64,000 nt of DNA, taken from the NCBI GenBank assembly GCA_964016885.1, contig OZ024742.1, positions 136,276,001 to 136,340,000 of the forward strand, given 5' to 3'. The translations under genes were made by a program, and so were the position numbers. The stretch's first letter is position 1. Each line of letters starts with the position of its first letter. A model generated the notes under the pieces. The model ran no database searches. It was not told where the DNA came from and was given only the letters and a program-made list of their open reading frames with translations. Below are positions 44,875-58,060 of the stretch, one piece after another. The stretch is from Eledone cirrhosa. Its lineage: Eukaryota.

Positions 44875-45220
44875 TATATAAATATATATATATATAAATA
44901 TATTTATATATATATATAAATATATATATATATAAATATATTTATAAATATATATATATATAAATATATTTATAAATATATATATATATATAAATATATT
45001 TATAAATATATATATATATAAATATATTTATAAATATATATATATATATAAATATATTTATAAATATATATATATATAAATATATTTATAAATATATATA
45101 AATATATTTATAAATATATATATATATAAATATATTTATAAATATATATATATATAAATATATTTATAAATATATATATATATAAATATATTTATAAATA
45201 TATATATATATAAATATATT

Positions 45221-45256
<36 letters not shown>

Positions 45257-45465
45257 TATTTATAAATATATATATATATAAATATATTTATATATATATA
45301 TAAATATATATATATAAATATATTTATAAATATATATATATATAAATATATTTATAAATATATATATATATAAATATATTTATAAATATATATATATATA
45401 AATATATTTATAAATATATATATATATAAATATATTTATAAATATATATATATATAAATATATTT

Positions 45466-45496
<31 letters not shown>

Positions 45497-45795
45497 AATA
45501 TATTTATAAATATATATATATATAAATATATTTATAAATATATATATATATAAATATATTTATAAATATATATATATATAAATATATTTATAAATATATA
45601 TATATATAAATATATTTATAAATATATATATATATAAATATATTTATAAATATATATATATATAAATATATTTATAAATATATATATATATAAATATATT
45701 TATAAATATATATATATATAAATATATTTATAAATATATATATATATAAATATATTTATAAATATATATATATATAAATATATTTATAAATATAG
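44628..45795. repeat. AT-only satellite; from about 44930 a ~28-bp unit TATTTATAAATATATATATATATAAATA
   Basis: Direct read. Confidence 0.9.
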
Positions 45796-47089
45796 TTTCC
45801 ATTTGTTTAATATCGTATATATATATATATACAAAGCCAGAATAAGTTCCCATATGAGCAAGACAAGGTCAGCAAACCGAGCAGTGCACACAACAGGACA
45901 ACCCGTCTAACCCATGCTAGCGTGGAAGAACGGACGTAAAACGGTGATGATGATGATATATATAAATATAAATACTCTATATATTTATATACATGTGTGA
46001 GTGTGTGGATATTGTTGGCATATCTAAAACTATTTTGATCCTTTTGTTACTATATATGTTATGAAAGAATCTGCCAATAATTTTGAATAAAAGAACCTGA
46101 AAAAATAAAAAAATTGTATAGATTTAGCAATCTAACTAGCCGTCTCATTATTGCTGTAGTGTGTGAAACATAATAAAAGTCCTTACATAAAAATATGATG
46201 GAAGGCATTTAGATAAATATAAACATTTTAAAACAAACAGATTTGTATCATAAAACCACAACTGGTTTCGGGCAGCTAACGTTCTGTAAAGGTTAATTAA
46301 TTTCTAATTTCTAATTGAGCACTTCTAGGAAAAAATACTTTCTTTTTACATGAATTGAGATGTCTATATTGAAGCTCATGTCCACCTGTTTTACACCATG
46401 ACACATTAAGATCATATGGAGGTTAAATTTTTGTGTTCATGCATTTGGGGTCCTAGAACATTGTTATAGCTGTCTAACATTCGGCTTGATTTAATCAAGT
46501 ATACCCCTTACCCGAAATGAGTGACCTCATGCTAGCATTACCATGTCAAAAGGGACAGGATCTTCAAATTTGCTTGTCATATTTGTTGCAATAACATCTG
46601 TTAAAACTCTTTCAACATTTGACATCTCTCACTTGCAATGACTTCTATATATTCTGACATATAAAGGAAAGCAAACAGAGAAGAAAATATTAAAACATGT
46701 AGCACAAAATAAAAAGTATATAAATTCATGAGAGGAAATGACAAACACTTGAATGAATAAGGAGGATAAATTAAGACATACTATTTTCTGTATAGGAATA
46801 GGGAAACAAGAGTATATATATATGATTATATATATATATATATATAATCATGAATATAGATCAAAATAAAATTATTTTAATCATTACACCATAAACACAG
46901 CTCAATAATTATACAGGCTAAAAACCATATTTCACAGAGCTTCATTTAAGTATAATATATAGTATATTAAAAGTTTACATTGTGAGTAAAGGATACATTT
47001 AAAAGAAAAAACAATTTTACTTATAAAAATTGCATAGACTGCGTTTTCATATATACATGTACGTGTGTGCGTTAAATGATGTTAATGAT

Positions 47090-47137
<48 letters not shown>

Positions 47138-47228
47138 TCTCTTGCTCTCTCTTTCCCCCTCTCTTTCTCTTTCCCTCTCTCTTTCTCTTTCCCTCCTTCC
47201 CTCTCCATACACTCGCTCACCTTCCTTC

Positions 47229-47392
47229 CCCACTATCTCTCCTTTCCTCCCACCCACTATCTCTCCTTTCTTCCCACCCACTATCTCTCCTTTCCTCCCA
47301 CCCACTATCTCTCCTTCCCTCCCACCCACTATCTCTCCTTTCCTCCCACCCACTATCTCTCCTTTCCTCCCACCCACTATCTCTCCTTCCCT
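47229..47392. repeat. 24-bp minisatellite (CCCACTATCTCTCCTTTCCTCCCA) x ~7
   Basis: Direct read; explains the repetitive ORFs at 47030-47552. Confidence 0.92.
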
Positions 47393-48462
47393 TCTGTGCT
47401 ACCCCCCCCCTTACTATCTCTCTCCTTTCCTCCCTCACACTCTCTCAATCATTATTGCTTTTCTTTTCTATGAGAACATGAGTTCTGTTAGGATGGGTAA
47501 AGACAATGTTTTTCAGCTGGATACCCTTCATGAAACCACCAACTCCTTTTAGTCACCTCATACGATATGCAGGGATCAAGTGAACCTAATCCAAAACACT
47601 GGACACATCTCTATTTATGCATTGTGTATATATATATATATATCTATATGTGTGTGTGAGAGAGAGAGATGCAGGGTTGAAATGAGAGTTTGATAAATGT
47701 TTGATTAGATATTCATTTTTATTTAAGACATGTAGAAACACATAGTCATATCTATATGCATAATTTATATACTTTTCTTTTTGATCATGGTTTCCAGCCA
47801 TTGAGCTAATGCTATGATGGGGATCTGTCATGAATTGAGACTCTATATTTGATGCCTAGTGTCAATGTAGGAAATCATCGTTATTCACACAACCCATCCA
47901 CACACAAACTTACACTGGAATGGAATAGACTTCTTGCAGATTTGTTAAGTGTTATTATTTTCTCCAATCCATTGATTGGCTAGCTTGCAAAATTAACGTG
48001 CAAGTGTTTAGGGATTTCAAAGACACATGTTCACATATTATAATTCTCAGGGAGATTCAGTGTGATAGATTTTATGTGGTAAGACTAGTCCTTTAAATTA
48101 TGGGTACAGTCCATCTGATAAGCTTCCAAACAGTTTCAGTAACCAAATTTCACTCAGACTTTTAGATACACCTGCACACAGACACACACATATGCACACG
48201 CATAAACACACACACACGTATACCCACACGCATACACACACACACATATACAAAACCAGATCAGAGTTGTGGGTTAGGGGCTGAAGCTAGCATTGACCTA
48301 CATTTCTCATTTACTCCGGATTTATTACTAGCTTTGCACAAGCACCGACACATGCATAGACGAACATATATGTGTGTGTGATGTAGTTTCTGTGAATTTT
48401 TGAAGGAATTTTAGTTTCTCATAATGCCACTACTACAAAAGAGAGTGGCATTAAATCTTAAC

Positions 48463-48558
48463 ATAATTGTTTCTACTTTAGGCACAAGGCCAGCAATTAC
48501 CCAGTGCATTACTGGTACTTTATTTTATCGACCCCCGTAAGGATGAAAGGCAAAGTCA
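48463..48558 (-). mobile_element. SINE family B 3' fragment
   Basis: Reverse-complement match to 32295-32388. Confidence 0.8.
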
Positions 48559-48644
48559 TAATGCTACTTTTTACTATACATTTGTGGCCTTGTGTCTAAT
48601 AAAGATGTATAATGTGATGTAGTTTATATTATTTTTTTGTTACT

Positions 48645-48880
48645 CTGCAGTTAGGGTAATTGGTAAGGTCATAAGTTCAATTCCAGGTGGCAACATTGTG
48701 TCCTTGAGCAAGGTATTTTATTTCACGGTGTTCCAGTCCACTCAGCTGGCAAAAATGAGTTGTGCCTGTAATTTGAAAGGCTAGCCTTGACACACTCTGT
48801 GTCATACTGAATCTCCCTGAGAACTACATTGAAGGTACGCATGTCTGTGGAATTCTCAGTCAATTGCATGTTATTTTCCG
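48645..48880 (+). mobile_element. Older CORE-like SINE (related copies near 49920-50200, 58635-58750, 7320-7440, 33260-33540 (-), 51370-51570 (-))
   Basis: AGTTCAATTCC...TGTGTCCTTGAGCAAG..TTTATTTCAC..TCCAGTCCACTCAGCTG, with a 3' part different from family A. Confidence 0.65.
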
Positions 48881-50841
48881 ATGGAGTGCCAGTTACATGT
48901 TATTCTAATTATGTGCTTTTTGTCCCTTTTTTTTAGACAGTCATGATTTTATTTAATTTTAATTTTATTTAACTATATTTTGTTTTTATTTTTCAGATCT
49001 GAAATTGTGGTTATTTAGCAGATCTTTTTACCAACACAAGATGAGACACTTCCAGACGACGTGAGGTCATCATGAATTATGCCCTGTGCCTAGGTAGGCA
49101 TCTTTTTCTTACTTTACATATTCTAACAACTTTCAACATAGCTATCATCATTTAATATTTGTATTCCTTGTTAGCAAGGGTTGGTTGGTTCATCACTGAC
49201 CAAATGAATACTTAAATCCAATGACCACTCAGAGGAGCTTACATAATTTCCCACACACAACAAAGTGCATTTTATCATGGTACAAACACTAAAAGGGCTG
49301 TCATAAATTTGTCACAACTGAAGAGTGCTCTCGAAACTGTTTGGTCAGTTTTTTATGATAGGTGTTCTTCTATCGCCAACCACTTTATGGGGGTACTGGG
49401 TGAATTTTCCATGCCACCAACACTAAGCATTTTGTCATTCCCTTGACACACCTGAAGCGATTTCTCAAATCTTTTTCAGTATTGGTGCACTTCCTGTCAC
49501 CAATACAGGGTACATTAGGTACATTTTTCATGCTACCACTACTATATTTTCTAACAAGTAGCAATATGCTATATTATATTAAATTGTACTTCACTCAAAG
49601 TGCAGGAAAACTAAACAGCCATGTTGTGGCCACTGCTTGTTATGATGAAACCAAAAATAATGACCTGAGAATACATCTGTTTGCATGGATTCCCTTGACT
49701 CTCTGTTGCTTTAAATTTCACAGTATTTACCTTTTACTAAAACAGTATGTATATTAAGACATGACAGTGGTGATGATGATGTTGATGATTACAATAATGA
49801 TTACTTTAATGATAATGATGATGATCCAATGACAATAATTTGTGAAGAGTATGTTATGGAAAAACAAACGGTAAAATGTCATTGTTTGTTTGTTTTGTGT
49901 CTGTGTTTGTTTTTGTACATTTAGTGGTTAGGTTTGGGGGCGTGTACGTTGTACAATTGAATCTTGGTGACACATTGTGTCCTTGAGCAACACATTTTAT
50001 TTCATGTTGCCCAAGCTGGTAAAAATGATTTATATCTTCAAAGGGATAGCCGTGTCACTCATCGTCTCATGCTGAAATCTCTCCCAGCCTGCTGAGAACT
50101 ACATCATGATGTAGACTTCTGTGGAATGCTCAGCCACTTGCATATTAATTCAAGAGATAACCTGTTACATTAATCACATCAACTTGAACACTTAATGTTG
50201 GCATTGGTAGAGGTCCCACACGCACACACAGTATGTCTGTCAAAATGTATGTAAATGTGTGTGTGTAAATATGTTTGCCTATGTATATATGTAAATATAT
50301 CTGACGGTTTGGGCGGTTTTAGTAGTGTCATGTATTTATATGTTTATGTCAAGACCTGGTTGCTTAGTTCACTGTGTCAAATGTTCAAGACTGCTGTCAA
50401 TGGAGGGAAGCATTTCAAAGATTTAACAGGATAATAGGGCACTGTATTTTGATCTTTATAGAACATTGAAATCTGTGACTGATAGTCACCGGAAAATAGG
50501 CTTTTTATTACGATAGTAATTTGTGAGTGGGTGATGTGTGATGTAGACATACAAAATTTTATTTTTAGTGACAGATAATTTTGTGTATGTTATATATAGC
50601 CGGATGTAATTGTCATGGGTCATTTAGCTCAATGGTACAGAGTGCTCAGCCAGAGTTAGTTTGATTCTCTGCTGCGGCTCATGGCCACTGTTGTTATGGC
50701 CACATGAGTATTTTACAGGGTTTTCTAAGCTATTGTATTCTGCATTTGATGTTTTCAACATTTTTTAACAATTTCAATCCACTCAATGTTCCAATGGTTT
50801 GTTTACAAATGTTGATTATTTACCTCTATCTATCTATCTAT

Positions 50842-51180
50842 ATCATCATCATTTCCTCATACGTCCGCTTTTCCCTGCTTGCAAGGGTGGGACGGGAACT
50901 GATTCTGGCTTGATTTCTACAGCTGGATGCCCTTTCTAACACCAACCTGATTTACAGTCAGTACTGGGTGCTTTTTTTGCCGTGGCACCTCCACAACCAC
51001 TTTGCAGTGGAATGATATGAACCCCAGTCCTATCATCTCATTTCTACAGCTGAGTAAACTGGAGCAATGTGAAATAAAGTGTCTTGCTCAAGGAAACAAC
51101 ACACCACATGGTCTGAGAATTGAACTCACAACCTTTCGATTGCAAGGCCAATGCTCTAACCACTAAGCCTTGTGCCTCCC
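50842..51180 (-). mobile_element. SINE family A
   Basis: Reverse complement of 18001-18350. Confidence 0.88.
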
Positions 51181-51181
51181 G

Positions 51182-51224
<43 letters not shown>

Positions 51225-51759
51225 ATATATATATATATGTATCAACATCATCACCTTTTAACGTCCATTTTTCCATGCAAGCATGGGTTGGACGAGTTGT
51301 CTTACTGTGAGACAAGCCAGATCAAACTGTGTCTTGTTCATAAAGAATTATTTCTGGCTTAGTTTCTATGGCTGGAAGCCCTTCCCAGCCCCATTTGCAG
51401 TATGGATTGGGTGCCTCGAATTACAACTCATTTTTGTCATATGAGTGGACTTGAGCAACATGAAATAAAGTGTCTTGTTCAAGGACACCATGCACCACAT
51501 GGTTCCGGAATTGAACCTAAGACATGAACACAATTCCAACACACTCACCATAAAGACATGCACCTTCACATATGCATATATTTATACATATAACATATAT
51601 ATATATTCTTATACATATTTATACACATATACGTATATATATATATATATATAACGAAGGAAATGTGGTAAGGAACCAGGTGGACCATAACGCACCAAAG
51701 TACTCAATACTTGGGGTAGTAGAGTGGGTAATAGGAACCAGTAAGGGGTCTTACTGGTT

Positions 51760-51807
<48 letters not shown>

Positions 51808-52508
51808 TATATGTGTAGTGTGCATATTGATATTAGCCTCGCCATCACCTGAGGTAACACTGCGAGTGTGCTGGCTTGCCTCAAAAATCATTAGAGACGT
51901 TGCCCAGTACTCCTTGCTGCTGTCTGTTGCTCTGGTCGTGGTTCGGTTATTCACCCCTTCCTTTACATTTTCTTTAATATTGCAACATTAAAGGAATATA
52001 TCCTTCTGACAGAATTGCGAGCAATTTATAATGTTATCTAAGCATTTGTAATGTTATTTATGTATATATTTAAAACATATTTGTTATGTTATTCTACTGT
52101 AAATTTATTTATATGCTTTGTATATATCATATGTGTTCATATATTCCGTGCCATTTGTAACGTTATTTCATAGAATAAAAATATATATGCATGTAGATAT
52201 ACATCAAATAAAATCGTAATTGACAATATACACAGAAATTGAAGGAAGACTGCGTTACACTCTCTTATGTAATTAATAACGTAATCCATGATTAAAAAAA
52301 GACGATACTATATATAAATTGCATTAGGAGATAATTAGTAACAGAAATATATGAATGTTTATTTAAGCAATCGCTAACCGGAAGTGTTGCCATTTGAAAA
52401 TTTTAAAAAGTGAATCTTTAAATTAACAATAAAAAATATTTAATGAACAGCTACGAAATTTAGTAGATAAATTATTTAATATTCATTCATTATTTATTCA
52501 AAGTAATG

Positions 52509-52630
52509 ATCTGAGTTCAAATCCCGCCAACGTTAACTTTGCCTTTCATCCTTACGGGGTCGATAAAATAAAGTACCAGTAATATACTGGGATAATTGCA
52601 GGCCTTGTGCCAAAAGTAGAAACAATTATT
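52509..52630 (+). mobile_element. SINE family B 3' part
   Basis: Match to 32270-32388. Confidence 0.82.
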
Positions 52631-52845
52631 TATTCAAAGTAATCCAACTTATTTTACTAACTGGATGAAAAGAAATAAACCGTATGCAGTCCCGCACTCC
52701 TTACTTTATTATAGTTTAGATTATACCTATTGTATATATGCACACACACCCACATATATATATATATATATACATACATTCATTCATACATACATAGATA
52801 AATATATATATATTTATGTATGTATGTATGAATGTATATATATAT

Positions 52846-53450
52846 GTCAGGTCACCAGTTGGTCACCAGTTGGTGCTACTGTTAACATGTATCCCAGTAC
52901 AACCTGTCTCATGGTCGGGTCGTTGGCGACTAAACTGGCAACCCCACCAAGGTTTCTTGGTGAGGAGGGTGACTTTGCACATCCTGCAGGACTAAAAACA
53001 AGACCTGTCAAAGGGCAAAGGAGCTCTTAAGAGTCAATGGCCATACAAAATCACAGGGAGAGATGACCCTTAGCCTTTGTCAAGGCAGAATTCTAGGAGA
53101 AGGAAAACTCTGATATAACACCTGCAACCCTGATGGTATCCAATGATGTTGACTTGTTCTTCTTTTTGGTAAATATCATCTTGGTTAAGAGAATGGGACT
53201 GGCTTTGTGCAGTGCCTTTGCTCACTATAAAAGCTTCACGGCACAGGCATTGCTTTATATCTGGAGATCTCTCTGCACTTGTCATCACATGCACTATATG
53301 TCAATAATTGTCACAAGTGTGGTTTTTGTGCCAGAGTTTTCAAGTCGCTGGCTGGACTAAAAAGTCACACTCGTTCAGCGCATCGGTAGGGGTTCTCCTA
53401 CATGGATATAAAGTAGTGGCCGTACTCGAAAACGAGTTGGCAGCCACCAT
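52846..53450 (+). mobile_element. Second copy of the ~600-bp non-autonomous element (3' fragment also at 53916-53963, minus strand)
   Basis: High similarity to 31488-32088. Intact C2H2 finger CGFCARVFKSLAGLKSHTRSAH at 53318-53383. Confidence 0.75.
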
Positions 53451-53461
53451 ATATATATATG

Positions 53462-53544
<83 letters not shown>

Positions 53545-53547
<3 letters not shown>

Positions 53548-53824
53548 CATTTTACGTCCGCTTTTTCCCTGCTTGCAGGGGTGGGACGGGAACGGATTTT
53601 GGCTTGATTTCTACAGTTGGATGCCCTCCCTAACACCAACCTCATTTACAGTGAGTGCTAGGTGCTTTTTTGCCGTGGCACCTCCACGACCACTTTGCAG
53701 TGAGTAAACTGGAGCAATGTGAAACAAAGTGTCTTGCTCAAGGAAACAACACATCACCCGGTCTGAGAATTGAACTCACAACCTTTCGATTGCAAGGCCA
53801 ATGCTCTAACCACTAAGCCATGAG

Positions 53825-53828
<4 letters not shown>
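53545..53828 (-). mobile_element. SINE family A with internal deletion
   Basis: Reverse complement of 56844-57185 lacking about 50 bp. Confidence 0.85.
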
Positions 53829-53913
<85 letters not shown>

Positions 53914-53960
53914 ATAGTGGCTGCCAACTCGTTTTCGAGTACGGCCACTACTTTATATCC

Positions 53961-54004
<44 letters not shown>

Positions 54005-54008
<4 letters not shown>

Positions 54009-54150
54009 GCATCCAGCCGTAGAAAACCTGCCAGACAGTCCTATACGAGCAAGACATGGTCACCCGGCCATTCTTGCCTCAAGTAGGACAACTCCCATCT
54101 AAACCCATGCTAGCGTGGAAGATAGATGTTAAACGATGATGATGATGATA
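54005..54150 (+). mobile_element. Short RTE-type 3' end (similar remnants near 45830-45957 and 59166-59210)
   Basis: AAGGGCATCCAGCCGTAGAAAACC...AACCCATGCTAGCGTGGAA..GTTAAACGATGATGAT in (TA)n. Confidence 0.8.
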
Positions 54151-56641
54151 TATATATATGTGTTTGTGTATGTATATATATTATGTATGTATATATATAT
54201 AATTTAAACTGGGAGGAAGGAAATACATAGAAATTAGATAGTGCTTCTTTGTGCAACATTATTTGTGTGTGTACATATTATAAACATATCATCAGCTTGC
54301 TTCTCTATGTGTTTGTGCCTGTTTTACTAACAGACACACACATTTGCAGTCAATGAGAAAAAGAGATATGGAAGATGGCGGATTTGTTATAAAGAGGAAA
54401 ATATAGTTTTAAGTGTTTCTTAAGAATTGAATGTAGCAAAAATATATAATTATTTCAACATAAAACTCTAAATAAAATCGTCTAATCTAAATAGGAAACG
54501 AGATTGTCAGTCAGGGTATTATGCAGCATCCAGTTTTGGAACAAAAACCATTTTGTTTTCTGGTGCCTTCTGTTTACTTTTGATGTATTACATTTTATTT
54601 GCTTATCAGCTTCTCTATTGGATGATATATTTAGCTTGTTAAAAGACTAACTGGTACTTATGAAAGCAAGTTAATATCTCAGTCATTTTAACCATACTAT
54701 GAGTACATCCTCTCTGTCTGCCTCTCTCTCTCTCTCTCTCTCATACACACACACACAGCAAATAAATATCCTACTCACCCCATCCATGTCCAACGTTTAT
54801 ACTCCCTCCCCTCACCACCTTTCACGCTCCTCAGCTACCTCTCCAGTCATGTTCAACCCATGCACAACTCGTGCACCTGCGACTGTAATATAGACTGCAC
54901 CACTGCCCTCATCCCATGCCCCTCGGCCTCCACTAACTGACTCCCTTTCCCTCTTACCCCCCCCCCTCTCCTCGGCCCTCCATTTCCACAAGCTTCCTGT
55001 TCAAGCTTTTTCCTTCTTTCAAGCACAATTGCAATCTCCGAAACCTCACTTTCCACAGCTCCCTACTTTCCCCCAATTACCTCCTGGGATCGCTCCTCTA
55101 ATCCGACCCCACTGAAACACTTGCAATTACGTCACTAACACCACCGCCTTCTGCTGGCCCAACAGCCACTCCTTCTTCCCTTGAACGTCCGTCAGCCTTG
55201 TCTACAGACTCCATAGCACACTATGTGGAGCTGTATACATTGGAGAGAATGGATGTTGATTATGGACCGATTCACTGAGCACCTCCATGACATCCAGCTC
55301 AGAAGCCGGTCACCAGTTGCCCGACACATCCACTCTGCCAGATACTCCATCTACAATCTCACCCTTTGCAGCTGTATTGTGTGCTCTGGAGTCACTGAGA
55401 CATGAGCAGCGCACAAATTTTTTCTCTCCAAACCTAGACTGGAAATGGTCTAAATGTCCCACCCGTCTTCCTCTAGCTTCACACACACACACACCCACAC
55501 CCAACACAGATGCACATGCACACCTCTTCACCCACCTAGCCACACGCACCTACACAACCTTTTCCCAGTTACACTACACCCATATTACCCCCTCTTTTAA
55601 CCCTACCAATGGCACCAACTAATCAACTAGCAGACCATACCACTCACCACTAATGCTACTAACTCTGCCACTCTACCACCCATACACACAATAACTACCA
55701 TCAACTGTGACTACCACTGCTTTCACTCCTGTAGCACCAATACACCACACACACCCATATACACACACTGCCGTCACAGCTCATTCCAAACCCACTTCCA
55801 ACTACCAACTCTTCCTCTCTCCCCCTCTCCCCACTTTAGATCACCCCACTAACCCCCCACCTTCACACACACACACACACACAGAAAATAATTCTGCTAC
55901 ACTAAAGTCACAAACTCACACGTGGAGACATACATACAAACTCTCATCCGACACCACATGTGAATATATAGACACACATACACACTCACATACATAGAAA
56001 CAATAGAAAAAAGTCTCATAGAAACAAACACACATGCACACCAACACACGCTCCAACTCTCCAATAACACACCCACACACAAACAGTTTACCCTTACATC
56101 CATATGACCCTCTTTTAACCGCACCAACAGCACTAACTATATAATTAACTAACAGACCACATCACCCACCACTAAAACCACTGTCGACCACTACATTATC
56201 AGCCATCTACCTTTACCCTCCATCACCAATACAGACATGACCAGCACTCTCAGCTACTAACAACCTCTACTACCACTTTCGCCTTCTCTACTTCCAATAC
56301 GTGTACATACACTACCGCAACAGCTCCATCCCAAATCACTTCCATTCTCCATGCCCCACTACCCCCCCCCACTCCTCACCCACTTGTATTCTGACCACAA
56401 CATTTCTGGATACCTTACAACATCTCTCTGGACATTGGATTATACGTGGATATTCTGACACACACACACACATACACAGATATACACATACATAAGCGTA
56501 CACACATTCATCCTCATACGCAAGCACACAAAATCTTTCTGCTACTGATGATACACACAGCCACAAATGCACATGTGGATACATGCACACACACACACAC
56601 AGATCCGAAACACACATGGATATATATATATATATATATGA

Positions 56642-56690
56642 GATTCTACAGGACTAGAACTGTTTCATTCTTTAGAAATCATCAGGAATC
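56642..56690 (-). ncRNA. Type I hammerhead ribozyme (mirror copy)
   Basis: Exact reverse complement of 56694-56742. Confidence 0.8.
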
Positions 56691-56693
56691 AGT

Positions 56694-56742
56694 GATTCCT
56701 GATGATTTCTAAAGAATGAAACAGTTCTAGTCCTGTAGAATC
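56694..56742 (+). ncRNA. Type I hammerhead ribozyme, canonical core
   Basis: GAUUC-CUGAUGA-U UUC UAAA GAA U-GAAA CAG uucuaguc CUG UA^-GAAUC. Predicted cleavage after 56737. Confidence 0.82.
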
Positions 56743-56843
56743 TCATCTATATTAAAACTTTTATACTCTGCTATGTATTGAGTACCTTACTTACTGTGGT
56801 TACCTCCGATGCAACTCGGAATAACGTGTATATATATATATAT

Positions 56844-57185
56844 TGTGGAGGCACATGGCTTAGTGGTTAGAGCATTGGCCTTGTAATCGAAAGGTTGTGA
56901 GTTCAATTCTCAGACCGGGTGATGTGTTGTTTCCTTGAGCAAGACACTTTATTTCACATTGCTCCAGTTTACTCAGCTGTAGAAATGAGATGATAGGGAC
57001 TGGGGTCCATATCATTCCACTGCAAAGTGGTCGTGGAGGTGCCACGGCAAAAAGCACCCAGCACTCACTGTAAATGAGGTTAGTGTTAGGAAGGGCATCC
57101 AGCTGTAGAAATCAAGCCAGAATCAGTTCCCGTCCCACCCTTGCAAGCAGGGAAAAAGCGGACGTAAAAATGAAATGAAAATGAA
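56844..57185 (+). mobile_element. SINE family A
   Basis: High similarity to 18001-18350; tail is (TGAAA)n. Confidence 0.88.
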
Positions 57186-58026
57186 AAAATATATATATAT
57201 ATATGTACACACACACACACACACACACACATACATGCATCGAAACAATAGAAAATGTCACATACAGACACACACATACAGACATACCCATACATAAACA
57301 TACACACGCATGCACACAAAATCATTCCTCCACAGATAAAACAAGGATCCAAATACATTTGGTGACACATACACACACTCATCCAACAGACATATGAAAA
57401 TACACACAGGCACACACACATGCACACACAGACACACCCATTGTACACATTCACATGCATAGAAACAATAAAAAAGCCCCATGCACACACAAATTAACGT
57501 GCACACATGCATAAAAAGCCAAAGAACTCTCAGGCATACACACACCACACACCAATATTCACACACCAACTATGTAAGACTCTGAGACACCCACATATCC
57601 ACACACATATATACTGAAGCAGTAATGCCCACCTACCATTTTCATCCTTTCAGCACAGACAACCACACCTGGACCTTCAATTTGGCCCCCCTACTCCCAA
57701 ATGCTGGACCTCTCACCTGCCACCCCCAACCTATCAATCCCTTCCTAACACCCTTTCCTAACTTCCACACACTACTTTCATGTACCTACCTGTTCTCTCC
57801 TTATCCAAACTTTCCTGATGAAGGACTTCTGTCTGAAACATAAAATCTTGCTCTGCTTCCTCTAATATGACGTTGTACTTTTGCATCCCTGTGTTTGTTT
57901 TGTTTCATTTATCAACTATATATATATATCTATATCATCATCATCATCATCTGTCTATCATGTGTTTTGTGTGCATGCATGTGTGTGTGTGCTTGTGAGT
58001 ATGTGTAATATATATACTATAAACAC

Positions 58027-58060
<34 letters not shown>

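Larger units (their letters stand above)
54780..57915 (+). mobile_element. Degenerate Penelope-like element (GIY-YIG remnant ~55190-55460, long AC-rich 3' region, decayed hammerhead ~57815-57850) with nested insertions
   Basis: LVYRLHSTLCGAVYIGENG..DRFTEHLHDIQL..SPVARH at the 5' part; CTGATGA A GGAC TTCT GTCT GAAA CAT at 57815. Continuity across the span is inferred. Confidence 0.6.

Noticed and set aside
47030-47552. Pro/Ser-rich repetitive ORFs
   Set aside because: Explained by (CA)n, (CT)n and the 24-bp minisatellite.
52376-52388. CCGGAAGTG ETS-like promoter motif (also near 27920)
   Set aside because: An isolated 9-mer without a CpG island or identifiable first exon; insufficient evidence.
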